The notes under the pieces are model-generated. The model made no database searches and was not told where the DNA came from. It saw only the letters and a program-made list of their open reading frames with translations. Positions 50,840 through 61,113 of a stretch of 64,000 nt of DNA are shown here, one piece after another; within the stretch, counting starts at the first letter, position 1; each line of letters begins with the position of its first letter. Origin of the DNA: an uncultured Gemmatimonadales bacterium (lineage in GTDB: Bacteria; Gemmatimonadota; Gemmatimonadetes; Gemmatimonadales; GWC2-71-9); contig CAVSQW010000002.1 of the NCBI GenBank assembly GCA_963730185.1, positions 190,442 through 254,441 of the forward strand, given 5' to 3'. The position numbers and the translations under genes are program-made.

Positions 50840-50985
50840 ATGGGTTGTGAGTGGTGAATAGGGAGTTGTGATTAGGGAGGAACTAGGGAGTCGTGAGTCG
50901 GCCTCCCTCACGATGCCCTACTCCCTCCCTCACTCCCCACTCCCTACTCCCTCCCTGCTCACCACTCCCCAATCACAACTCCCTA
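50826..50985. repeat. Heptamer-repeat inverted element, copy 2
   Basis: Left GTGGTGA/GTTGTGA/ATAGGGA/GTCGTGA units; right TCCCTAC/TCCCCAC/TCACAAC units; perfect 15-bp IR 50859-50873 / 50971-50985. Confidence 0.88.
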
Positions 50986-52008
50986 ATGCTGATGCTCCAT
51001 CGAGTGCCCGCCCATCTCGTTCAACGAGGCGAGATCCTCCTGCAGGGTCGCATCCGACAGATCCAGAGCGGGCCACTGCGCGAAGTCGCTCGGGGCGAAG
51101 AGGCCGGTGAGGTGGGCCATGGCGCCCTTGACGAGGGTCTGACCGGTCGGGTTGTCGTACCGGCCGATGACCCGGTACTTGTGTCCGGCCTTGAGCAGGA
51201 TGCCGTCGCCGCTCACGCCCGGCAGGCTCCGGGTGATCCGGGTGACCTTCCCGGTCTTGGTCCGCACCGCCTTCACCGTCGCCAGGATCTTGCCGCTCTC
51301 CACGTCCTGCAACCGGACGTCGAGGCCGTAGTCGTGGAGGTGCCCGCCGTAGCCCAGCAGCCGTCCCTCGATCGGCATGGTGAACTCGTAGGACTTCTCG
51401 CTGATGCCGGGGGGGACGTCGAAGGTGTTGGTCCCGCCGACGGTCAGGTTCACGTCCATGTAGATCGGTAGGGCGTTGACCGGCCGGGGGTTGAGGTTCG
51501 GCGGGCTGTAGGCGAACCGCACCCGGACCATCACCCCGTCGAGGTCCTTCCCGGTCTCGTTGGCCCACGCCATGTACATCCCGAGGTGGAACCCGTCCTT
51601 CATCGGGACGCCGATGGTTTTCGGCACGTACATGTCCTCGGTCTCCTGGCCGATCCCGAAGAGCCGCTCAACGGCGGGATAGAGGAGCTGCCGGCGGTCG
51701 AAGTTCACGCCGATCATGTGGTGGATGAGCTTCCGGTCGACCGGGCGGCCCTGACCGTCCACGATGTCGACCGAAAAGCCGCGCAACCAGCCGTCGACGG
51801 GCCAGTCGAACCGGATCAGCGGTGAGTTGTGGTCGTCCATCATTTCCATGTCCTCGTGCTTCATTCCCTCCGGCATCGCCGCGACATGGAACGGCCCCAC
51901 GGTGACCGCCACCTCGTGCTTCGACGAGTCCACCACCACGGTGGCCTTGGGCTCGTCGGGGAGCGCCGGGCCGGCCAGGGTCAACAGGGCCAAACTGGTC
52001 AGTAGCAT
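50983..52008 (-). CDS. Exported PHM/SURNod19-like putative copper-binding protein
   Basis: Signal peptide; LIHHM, FGIGQET, GGHLH, GAM; Met/His-rich termini. Confidence 0.7.
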   Translation of the reverse strand: MLLTSLALLTLAGPALPDEPKATVVVDSSKHEVAVTVGPFHVAAMPEGMKHEDMEMMDDHNSPLIRFDWPVDGWLRGFSVDIVDGQGRPVDRKLIHHMIGVNFDRRQLLYPAVERLFGIGQETEDMYVPKTIGVPMKDGFHLGMYMAWANETGKDLDGVMVRVRFAYSPPNLNPRPVNALPIYMDVNLTVGGTNTFDVPPGISEKSYEFTMPIEGRLLGYGGHLHDYGLDVRLQDVESGKILATVKAVRTKTGKVTRITRSLPGVSGDGILLKAGHKYRVIGRYDNPTGQTLVKGAMAHLTGLFAPSDFAQWPALDLSDATLQEDLASLNEMGGHSMEHQH

Positions 52009-52077
52009 CGTGTCATCTCCGCCTTCACGATTCTCTCAGGATTGATCCGGCAACCTCGTGCGACCAACTTACTTGCG

Positions 52078-52923
52078 ATGACTGCGACTACCAAGGCCGA
52101 TGGCAGGCGGCTGCTCCTGTTCTGGTCACTGGCCCTGGGCGTCGCTCCGGGCTCTCTGGCCGCCCAGGTCAGGTTCTTTCCCAAGACCGAATCGTTCGAA
52201 TATCCGCTCGCCTATCCCCGGCCCGCGGCCATCGTCGGCCGGGTGGTGAAGACCTCCCGGGGCGAATCGCTCTACGGGGCCGAGCGGGAGGCCGAAGCGT
52301 CGGTCGGAGAGGTGGTGCCGGTACTGGGTCTCTCGGGCGGCCGCCACCCCGTGACGCTCGGCCTCGGCCTGGCGGTCACGGCCCGGTTCAGCCTCGACGA
52401 TCCGCGGACCGCGTTGATCAGCACCGACTGGCTGGTGGGGATCCACACCACCGTCGACCTGGCCCCGTGGCGGATCGACTTCCACCTCTACCACGAGAGC
52501 AGCCACCTCGGCGACGAGTACGCCGAGAAGTTCTCGGTCCCCCGAGTCGATTGGACCCGGGAGGTGGCCAGCGTTTGGGTCCGGCGGACTATGGGCTCCT
52601 TGGCCGTCCACGGGTCGGCCCACTACACCTTGATCGACGAGCTGAGCCTGCCGCGTCCGGCGGTCGGCCTGGGGCTGGACTACCGCGGGCCCTCCGCCAC
52701 TGTTGCCGGCGGGCGCCTCCGGCCGGTCGTCGGGGTGTACACCGAAGGGACGGCGTTCTCCGGGTGGGTGTTCACCACGACGGCGCGGGCCGGGGCCGAG
52801 GTGGCGGCGAACGGGCGGGCCATGGCGGTGTCGTTCGTGTTCCTGAACGGGATGTCGACCCAGCGCCAGTTCTATTGGATGCGGAGCCGGTATGCCGGGT
52901 TGGAGCTTCGGTTCGACTTCTGA
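52078..52923 (+). CDS. DUF1207-like outer-membrane beta-barrel protein
   Basis: Signal peptide LAA-Q; LISTDW, YHESSHLGDEY; C-terminal ELRFDF. Confidence 0.75.
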   Translation: MTATTKADGRRLLLFWSLALGVAPGSLAAQVRFFPKTESFEYPLAYPRPAAIVGRVVKTSRGESLYGAEREAEASVGEVVPVLGLSGGRHPVTLGLGLAVTARFSLDDPRTALISTDWLVGIHTTVDLAPWRIDFHLYHESSHLGDEYAEKFSVPRVDWTREVASVWVRRTMGSLAVHGSAHYTLIDELSLPRPAVGLGLDYRGPSATVAGGRLRPVVGVYTEGTAFSGWVFTTTARAGAEVAANGRAMAVSFVFLNGMSTQRQFYWMRSRYAGLELRFDF

Positions 52924-53006
52924 CTGACCCGGGCGGCGCCGTCGCTGCCATTTTGGCCGAAATCGTGGGCACACGGGTTGCCCAGGGAGCGTGACGAACG
53001 AGCCGC

Positions 53007-53034
53007 TTGACCAGGTCCGGTAGCGGCTTATCTT
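53007..53034 (+). promoter_or_regulatory. Candidate groESL promoter
   Basis: TTGACC-N16-TATCTT just upstream of CIRCE. Confidence 0.55.
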
Positions 53035-53045
53035 TTCGGTCTGGT

Positions 53046-53072
53046 TTGGCACTCTGTGGTAGCGAGTGCCAA
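53046..53072. promoter_or_regulatory. CIRCE element (HrcA operator)
   Basis: TTGGCACTC-N9-GAGTGCCAA perfect IR upstream of groES. Confidence 0.93.
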
Positions 53073-53122
53073 CGTCATGTAAGTAAACGTTTTACGGCAA
53101 TTTCCATTCAGGGGGTTCGACG

Positions 53123-53437
53123 ATGGCAGGCGCGACGAAGGCGAAGCCCAAGCTCCGCATCACTCCGCTCGAAGATCGGGTCGTGGTCATTCCCGACGAG
53201 GAGACCGAGACCATGCGTGGCGGGCTCTACATCCCGGACACCGCCAAGGAGAAGCCCACCCAAGGTGAGGTGATCGCGGTGGGGGCCGGGCGGATCGAGA
53301 AGGGCGACCGGGTGCCGGTCGACGTGAAGGTCGGCGACAAGGTGCTGTACGGGAAGTACAGCGGTACGAACATCACGCTCGACGGCGAAGAGGTCGTGAT
53401 CATCAAGGCGTCGGACATCCTGGCCAAGCTCGGCTGA
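53123..53437 (+). CDS. groES: Co-chaperonin GroES
   Basis: [35 protein letters not shown]. Confidence 0.97.
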   Translation: MAGATKAKPKLRITPLEDRVVVIPDEETETMRGGLYIPDTAKEKPTQGEVIAVGAGRIEKGDRVPVDVKVGDKVLYGKYSGTNITLDGEEVVIIKASDILAKLG

Positions 53438-53486
53438 GCGGCCGGTCCCGAACCATCCACGAGAAGCCGGTTCGTCCGGCGCGTGA

Positions 53487-55143
<1,657 letters not shown>

Positions 55144-55173
55144 GCCCGGAACGGATGTCGATCAGGACCGGAC

Positions 55174-55210
55174 GGGGGTCGGGGCGGTCGCTCCGACCCC
55201 CCTTCGTTTT
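55174..55210 (+). terminator. groESL intrinsic terminator
   Basis: GGGGGTCGGGGC...GCTCCGACCCCC stem followed by TTCGTTTT. Confidence 0.8.
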
Positions 55211-55286
55211 CCCGGCGGCGGGCGTTGCCCCGGGGGCATTATCTTAGAAAGGTGAACCTGGAACCGGGCCGCGTGACGGAGGTGTC

Positions 55287-55679
55287 GTGAGAGGACTGCT
55301 GACAGCGGCGGTGGTAGGAGGACTCGCGATCGGGGTGGTGGCGCGGGCGGAAGCGCAGGACCGCGACCCGCCGATCGCGGGCACCTGGCAGCTCGAGAAG
55401 GGCAAGGTCAAGACCGACGGCCCTCGCCGGGTGGTGATCCGGGCCGACTCCAGCGCGAGCTGGGGCAAGGAAACCGTCCGCTGGCGCCTGGTGAACGACA
55501 CGATCATGATCGCGCTGGGTGGAGAGTGGGAGATCTACAAGATCAAGATCCGGCGGGACCGGATCGCCCTCTCCGGCGGCGATCTGCAGGAAGAGATCAC
55601 CCTCCGCCGGATCGGCCCACCCACCGCCAGGCCCGACTCCATTCCCATCCCGCCCGACCCGGGCGAGCCCAGTCGTTAG
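55287..55679 (+). CDS. Small exported protein (lipocalin-like)
   Basis: Signal peptide AEA-Q; IAGTWQL motif; SD GGAGG. Confidence 0.65.
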   Translation: MRGLLTAAVVGGLAIGVVARAEAQDRDPPIAGTWQLEKGKVKTDGPRRVVIRADSSASWGKETVRWRLVNDTIMIALGGEWEIYKIKIRRDRIALSGGDLQEEITLRRIGPPTARPDSIPIPPDPGEPSR

Positions 55680-56521
55680 GCTTCCAGCTCCTCCATGACC
55701 GGGTCGCCGTCGGGCAGCTCCATCTCGAGCTGACTGGCGGGGTCGCGCTCGGGAATCGCGATCGGCCCGAGGGCCCGGTCCTGGACCGCCACCTCGAGGC
55801 GGCCGCGGAACCCGCGAGCCCGGAGCCGGGGCTCCACCACGCCGCGTGCCGTGGCCGGCTCGTTGCACTGCCGGCTCAGGTGGGCCAGCACCACCACCGC
55901 CAGCCCCGGATGGACCAGGTCGCCGAGGAGGTCGGCGGCGGCCGAGTTGGAGAGGTGACCGCCCGAGCCCGCGATCCGATGCTGGACCGAGGCCGGGTAG
56001 TGGCTGGTCCGGAGCATCACCTCGTCGTAGTTGGCTTCCAGAATCACGGCGTCGAGCCGGCGGAAGAGGTAGCGGAGCCCCATGGTCGGTCGGCCGAAGT
56101 CGTAGGCCAGCCCGACCCGGGCGCCCCGCCACTCGACGGCCAGGGCCGCCGGCTCGGCCGCGTCGTGCAGGATCCGGGTGACGCCGATCGTGAAGGGGCC
56201 GAGCTCGGCCAGCGAGGTCGAGCGGAGGGTGACCGCCTGATCCGGCTCCATCCGCCGGGTCCGGAGCGCGCGCAGGGTGCCTTCGGTCCCGGCGATCGGC
56301 ACGCCGAACCGCCGGGCCAGCCGCCGGGCGCCGGCGGCGTGGTCGCCGTGCTCGTGGGTCAGCGCAATGCCGACCAGCCGGTCCAGGTCGAGGCCGACAC
56401 CCTCGGCCCGCCGGGTCAGCTCGCGGGTGCTGAAACCGGCGTCGAGGAGGAGGACGCCGTCGACGGTGTCGAGGGCGAACGCGTTGCCCTTGGAGCCCGA
56501 TCCCAGCGCGACGAGCCGCAT
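55676..56521 (-). CDS. MBL-fold metallo-hydrolase (YycJ/WalJ-like)
   Basis: LGSGSKGN, THEHGDH, HDAAEP, LEANYD, GHLSN, AHLS. Confidence 0.9.
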   Translation of the reverse strand: MRLVALGSGSKGNAFALDTVDGVLLLDAGFSTRELTRRAEGVGLDLDRLVGIALTHEHGDHAAGARRLARRFGVPIAGTEGTLRALRTRRMEPDQAVTLRSTSLAELGPFTIGVTRILHDAAEPAALAVEWRGARVGLAYDFGRPTMGLRYLFRRLDAVILEANYDEVMLRTSHYPASVQHRIAGSGGHLSNSAAADLLGDLVHPGLAVVVLAHLSRQCNEPATARGVVEPRLRARGFRGRLEVAVQDRALGPIAIPERDPASQLEMELPDGDPVMEELEA

Positions 56522-57693
56522 CAGCGGGCCAGGCGGGCCCAAGTGGCTCGGAGCGAGGCCTCGATTTCGGGCGTGACCTCGACGCCCCGACGCGGCATGA
56601 CCCGGCCGGCCACCGTCACGAACCGATCGACGTCGAGCCGCGCCGCAGGGTCATCGCCCCAGCGGAACGGCGCCACGTACCGCGGCACCGGCGCCCCGAC
56701 CACGTTGGCCCCCGTCCCGATGACCGTCCCGGTGGCGAGGAGGCTGCCGATCGCCATCTTGGCGTGATCGCCGAAGAGCGTGCCGACGTTGGTCCGGCCG
56801 GTGGCGAGGCGTCCGTCCGGCAGGTCGAGCCGGACCTCGCCATAGGTGTTCTTGAGATTCGAGGTGATGGTGCCGGCGCCGAGGTTCACCCACTGGCCGA
56901 CGACGCTGTGCCCGAGGAAGCCGTCGTGGCTCTTGTTGGCGTAGCCGAGGAAAACCGACGCCGCCACTTCGCCGTGGACCCGGCAGTGCGGGCCGATCAC
57001 CGAGTGGCGGATCACCCCACCGACCAGCCAAGTGTCGCGGCCGACCCAGAGAGGCCCCTCGAGCCGGGTGCCGGCCCGCACGACGGTGTCTTCCTCGAGG
57101 ACGATCGGGCCCTTCCGGACGTCGAACACCACCTGGGGCTCCACCACCGCGCGGTGGGTGATCACCCGGCTCGGGTCGCCGAGCACCACGCACGCGGGGG
57201 GAACGCCATCGCCGGGGTCGTCGGCCAGGCGGGCGCAGTCGTCCTCCAGCAGCCGCTCGGTGGCGGTCAGGAGGTCGACCGTGGCGTTGAGCTTCATGGC
57301 CCGAATCTCGACCGGGTCGGCAAGCTCCTTGGGGCCGGCCCAGACCTCGCCTTGGGCCACGATCCAGGCGATGGTCTGCGCTCCATCGGCCAGGCCTGGT
57401 CCGGTCGGACGGTTGGCCAGCGGATCGCCCACCGGGAGGAAATTGGACCGGGCCACCACGGCCGGGCCGGTGATCGGGCCGTCCGGATGGAGGGGCAGGG
57501 AATCGACGTCGGCGAAACCCGGGGTATGCCGGGAGAGGACCGACACCGAGCTGGGATCGAGATAGCGCTGCCACCGCTCCCACACTCGAAACGCGCCGGC
57601 CCGGAGCTCGGCGATGGGGCGGGCCCCGGCGAACGGGGCCCACGCGGGACCGGGGTCGTCGGGCTCGAGCAGGACGAGGGGCGGACCGGTCAT
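56521..57693 (-). CDS. GlmU-like putative sugar nucleotidyltransferase / hexapeptide acetyltransferase
   Basis: RPIAELRAG N-terminus; NKSHDGFLGHS, WVNLGAGT, SNLKNTYG. Confidence 0.85.
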   Translation of the reverse strand: MTGPPLVLLEPDDPGPAWAPFAGARPIAELRAGAFRVWERWQRYLDPSSVSVLSRHTPGFADVDSLPLHPDGPITGPAVVARSNFLPVGDPLANRPTGPGLADGAQTIAWIVAQGEVWAGPKELADPVEIRAMKLNATVDLLTATERLLEDDCARLADDPGDGVPPACVVLGDPSRVITHRAVVEPQVVFDVRKGPIVLEEDTVVRAGTRLEGPLWVGRDTWLVGGVIRHSVIGPHCRVHGEVAASVFLGYANKSHDGFLGHSVVGQWVNLGAGTITSNLKNTYGEVRLDLPDGRLATGRTNVGTLFGDHAKMAIGSLLATGTVIGTGANVVGAPVPRYVAPFRWGDDPAARLDVDRFVTVAGRVMPRRGVEVTPEIEASLRATWARLAR

Positions 57694-58724
57694 AGTTCCC
57701 TCACTTCCGGCGGGAGGTGTTCGAGGGTGCGCTTGAGGTCGCCGGCCCGGCTCCGGTCCATGACCAGGAGGCGGCCGTTGGCTTCGACGACGATCAGGTT
57801 CCGGACGCCCGAGAGGACCACGGGCACTCGCTCCGTCCAGACGATGGTGTCGTTCGCGTCCACGGCGGTAACCGGGCCCACGAGCACGTTGCCGTCGTCG
57901 TCCGGCCGCCGGACGCGGGCCAGCGCTTCCCAGGTCCCGATGTCGTCCCAGCGGAACCGGCCCGGCACGACGACCACGCTCCGGCTCCTCTCCAGGAGAC
58001 CGACGTCGATCGAAATCTCCCCGACCTCGCCGAAGAAGCCGGCCACGTCGCCGGCCTGCAGGGCCGGGAGGGCCGAGGCGATCTCGGGCGTGTGATGGCC
58101 GAGCTCCTCCAAGAGGGTGTTGGCCGCCCAGGCGAAGAGCCCCGAGTTCCAGAGCGCCCCGCCGGCGATCAGGGTCTCGGCGGTGGCGGTGTCCGGCTTC
58201 TCGGTGAACCGCTCCACCAAGCGGACTTCCGGCGGGCCCCCGTCGAGCGGCCGGCCGGGGACGATGTAGCCGTAGCCCGTCTCGGCCCGGGTCGGATGGA
58301 CTCCGACGGTGACCAGAACCCGACGGCCAGCCGCCACCCAGAGTGCGCGCTCGGCGGCGGCGACGAACCCCGCGGGCTCGGGCACGTGCCAGTCGGCGTG
58401 GAGCGAGAGCACCACGGCGTCGGCGTCGCGACGGCCCGCCTCGTGGGTGGCCCAGGCCAGGGCCGGAGCGGTGGACTTCGGGAAGGGCTCCACCAGGACG
58501 TTCTCGGCGGGGAGTCGGAGCGTTTCGGCCAGCGGGCCGGCCAGCGCCCGGCCGGTGACCAGGAGGATCCGCTCAGGCGGGATCAGCCCGGCCAAGCGGA
58601 GGACCGCCTCTTCGGCGCTGGACCGCTCACCGGCCAGGGGGAGGATCTGCTTGGGACGGGCCGGGCTCGACAGGGGCCAGAATCGGGTGCCGGAGCCGCC
58701 GGCCAGGATCACCGCCCAGTGCAT
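57690..58724 (-). CDS. manC: Mannose-1-phosphate guanylyltransferase
   Basis: ILAGGSGTRFWPLS, ETGYGYI, FTEKP, WNSG, WDDIGTW. Confidence 0.92.
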   Translation of the reverse strand: MHWAVILAGGSGTRFWPLSSPARPKQILPLAGERSSAEEAVLRLAGLIPPERILLVTGRALAGPLAETLRLPAENVLVEPFPKSTAPALAWATHEAGRRDADAVVLSLHADWHVPEPAGFVAAAERALWVAAGRRVLVTVGVHPTRAETGYGYIVPGRPLDGGPPEVRLVERFTEKPDTATAETLIAGGALWNSGLFAWAANTLLEELGHHTPEIASALPALQAGDVAGFFGEVGEISIDVGLLERSRSVVVVPGRFRWDDIGTWEALARVRRPDDDGNVLVGPVTAVDANDTIVWTERVPVVLSGVRNLIVVEANGRLLVMDRSRAGDLKRTLEHLPPEVREL

Positions 58725-58730
58725 CGACCC

Positions 58731-59078
58731 TCAGACCGCCTGACTCAGCGTCGGCCGCTCACGACGGATCTCGTGGAGGAGCGGGCCCAGGTCTCGGTCG
58801 GGAACGGCGAGGACCACCAAGGTGTGCCGGGCATCGATCGGGGAGAGAATGGCCGGGCCCGACTCGGCGTCGAGCACCACGGTCCGGAGCGGGCCGCCGC
58901 CGGCCGCGTCGGCCAGCTGGCCGGCGTCCCGAACGATGGTCACCGCCAGGGCCGCGATGGCTTCGGTGTCACCGGCCCCGAGCGCGTCGTGGATGACGAG
59001 ACCATCCTCGCTCACGATCGCGGCCCCGCGGATGCGGTCACGGGCCGACCAACGGTCGACGATCTGGCGGAGTGACAT
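58731..59078 (-). CDS. Roadblock/LC7 (MglB-like) protein
   Basis: IRGAAIVSEDGLVI, EAIAAL, DLGPLLHEI; 115 aa. Confidence 0.85.
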   Translation of the reverse strand: MSLRQIVDRWSARDRIRGAAIVSEDGLVIHDALGAGDTEAIAALAVTIVRDAGQLADAAGGGPLRTVVLDAESGPAILSPIDARHTLVVLAVPDRDLGPLLHEIRRERPTLSQAV

Positions 59079-59206
59079 GAGGGGTCCGGGTTCGGAGCCG
59101 AAGGCGCCTGCTCGACGGCCGGAGACTAAGCGGGAGGAAACGCCGAAGTCAAGGAAAGAGAGTGGGTTGACCGGCCCCGGCCAGGTCCCTTAACGTTCCC
59201 CCACTT

Positions 59207-59785
59207 ATGCGCTCGTTGGTGTGGTACGCCGCTTTCGGCGTCGTCGTGACTGCGGCCTGCGGCAACCCGTTCGGAATCGGGCCGGCGAACTTCGAAAACA
59301 CCGTGGACACCGTCTCGATCTACGCGGTGAACGGGACTTCGCTCAACCAGCCGAGCGCCTTCGTGCTGGCCACCAAGCTGCCCTACCGCCTGGGCGTCGA
59401 TCAGCTGCCCTACAACTTCGATTTTGTCTATCGGGTCGACTCCACCGGCGGGCCCGAGCTGGCGCCGTTCTATGCGGTGGTGCAGGACACCAGCACCTCG
59501 ACCGCCACCGGCCGGTCGGGGTTCCTGCTCACCTCCCAGGGCTTCGACGACATCACCATCGCCGAGCAGTCGGGTTACGTCACCGATTCGGCCCTCGCGC
59601 TCTCGGTCGGGCAGGTCTTCTACTTCCGCTCGGGCATCCCGAACGGCTGCTACCTGTCCATTCCGTACTACGCCAAGATCCAGGTGATCAGCATCGATCC
59701 CGACGCCCGGTCGGTGACGCTCAAGATGCTGGTCGACAACAATTGCGGCTATCGCGGGCTCGACCAGGGCTTTCCTCAGCAGTGA
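59207..59785 (+). CDS. Hypothetical lipoprotein
   Basis: Lipobox TAAC; beta-rich; GTGA overlap with serS; TTGACC-N18-TAACGT upstream. Confidence 0.78.
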   Translation: MRSLVWYAAFGVVVTAACGNPFGIGPANFENTVDTVSIYAVNGTSLNQPSAFVLATKLPYRLGVDQLPYNFDFVYRVDSTGGPELAPFYAVVQDTSTSTATGRSGFLLTSQGFDDITIAEQSGYVTDSALALSVGQVFYFRSGIPNGCYLSIPYYAKIQVISIDPDARSVTLKMLVDNNCGYRGLDQGFPQQ

Positions 59786-61065
59786 TCGATCTCAAAGCGT
59801 TCCGTCAGGATCCGGCGGCCTTCCGCACGGCGCTCCTTCGGCGGCGGGATCCCCAGGTGACCGAGCAGCTCGTCCGACTCGAGACGCTCGACCGCGACTG
59901 GCGAGCGGGGCTGCAGGCGGTCGAGACCCTCAAGGCCGAGCGCAACGCCGCCTCCGAGGAAGTGGCTCGGCGGAAGCGGGCCAAACAGCCGGCCGACAAG
60001 CTGCTCGCGACGCTCAAGGCTTCGAGCGATCGAGTCAAGGCGCTGGACGCCCGGGTTCGCGACCTCGACGCCCAACTCGGGCTGCTGGCCCTCGGGATCC
60101 CGAATCTGCCCCACCCGGCGGTGCCGGACGGCGACGCGAGCGCCAACCGGCTGGTACGCACCTGGGGGGAGCCCGGGCGGTTCGAGGGGACGCCGCGGCC
60201 TCACTGGGAGCTGGGCGAGACGCTCGGATTGTTCGACCTGCCGCGGGGCGCCAAGCTCTCCGGCTCGGGCTTCCCGGTGTACACCGGTGTAGGGGCGCGT
60301 CTGGTGCGGGCCCTGGCCGCCTTCATGCTCGACCTCCATTCCCGGGAGCACGGCTACCTCGAGATCGCGCCGCCCTATCTCGTCAATCGGGCCGCCATGA
60401 CCGGGACCGGGCAGCTGCCCAAGTTCGAGGACGACATGTACGGCCTCCCGGCCGACGACCTGTTCCTCATCCCGACGGCCGAGGTGCCGCTCACCAACCT
60501 CTATCGGGACGAGATCCTCGAGCCGGGGCGGCTCCCGATCGGGTTGGTGGCCTGGACCCCCTGCTTCCGGCGAGAGGCCTTCTCGCACGGCAAGGACACC
60601 CGAGGGCTGATTCGGGTGCACCAGTTCGACAAGGTGGAGCTGGTCCGGCTGGTGAACCCGGCGGAGAGCGACGCCGAGCACGAGCGTTTGACCGGCCACG
60701 CCGAAGCGGTGCTGCAGCGACTGGAGCTGCCCTATCGGGTCCTCGAGCTGGCGGCCGGCGACACCGGCTTCAGCTCGGCCCGCACCTTCGACCTCGAGGT
60801 CTGGGCGCCAGGGGTCGGAGCGTGGCTCGAGGTGTCGAGCTCGAGCACGTTCACCGATTTCCAGTCCCGCCGCGCGAACCTGCGCTTCCGGCCGGCGGCG
60901 GGCGCCAAGCCCGAGCTGGTGCACACCCTCAACGCCTCGGGCGTGGCCTTCCCCCGCACCCTCATCGGGATCCTGGAGAACTACCAGGAGCCGGACGGCT
61001 CGGTGCGGATCCCCGCGGCGCTGGCTCCCTACGTCGGAGTGGATCGGCTGGAGCCGCCGCGATGA
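59782..61065 (+). CDS. serS: Serine--tRNA ligase
   Basis: GTG start IDLKAFR; GTGQLPKF, LIPTAEVP, DTRGLIRVHQF, HTLNASG. Confidence 0.97.
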   Translation: MIDLKAFRQDPAAFRTALLRRRDPQVTEQLVRLETLDRDWRAGLQAVETLKAERNAASEEVARRKRAKQPADKLLATLKASSDRVKALDARVRDLDAQLGLLALGIPNLPHPAVPDGDASANRLVRTWGEPGRFEGTPRPHWELGETLGLFDLPRGAKLSGSGFPVYTGVGARLVRALAAFMLDLHSREHGYLEIAPPYLVNRAAMTGTGQLPKFEDDMYGLPADDLFLIPTAEVPLTNLYRDEILEPGRLPIGLVAWTPCFRREAFSHGKDTRGLIRVHQFDKVELVRLVNPAESDAEHERLTGHAEAVLQRLELPYRVLELAAGDTGFSSARTFDLEVWAPGVGAWLEVSSSSTFTDFQSRRANLRFRPAAGAKPELVHTLNASGVAFPRTLIGILENYQEPDGSVRIPAALAPYVGVDRLEPPR

Positions 61066-61113
61066 GCGCCGGGCGGTCCGGTCCGATGGCCCGCACGCGT
61101 CGAGGCTGACGCG

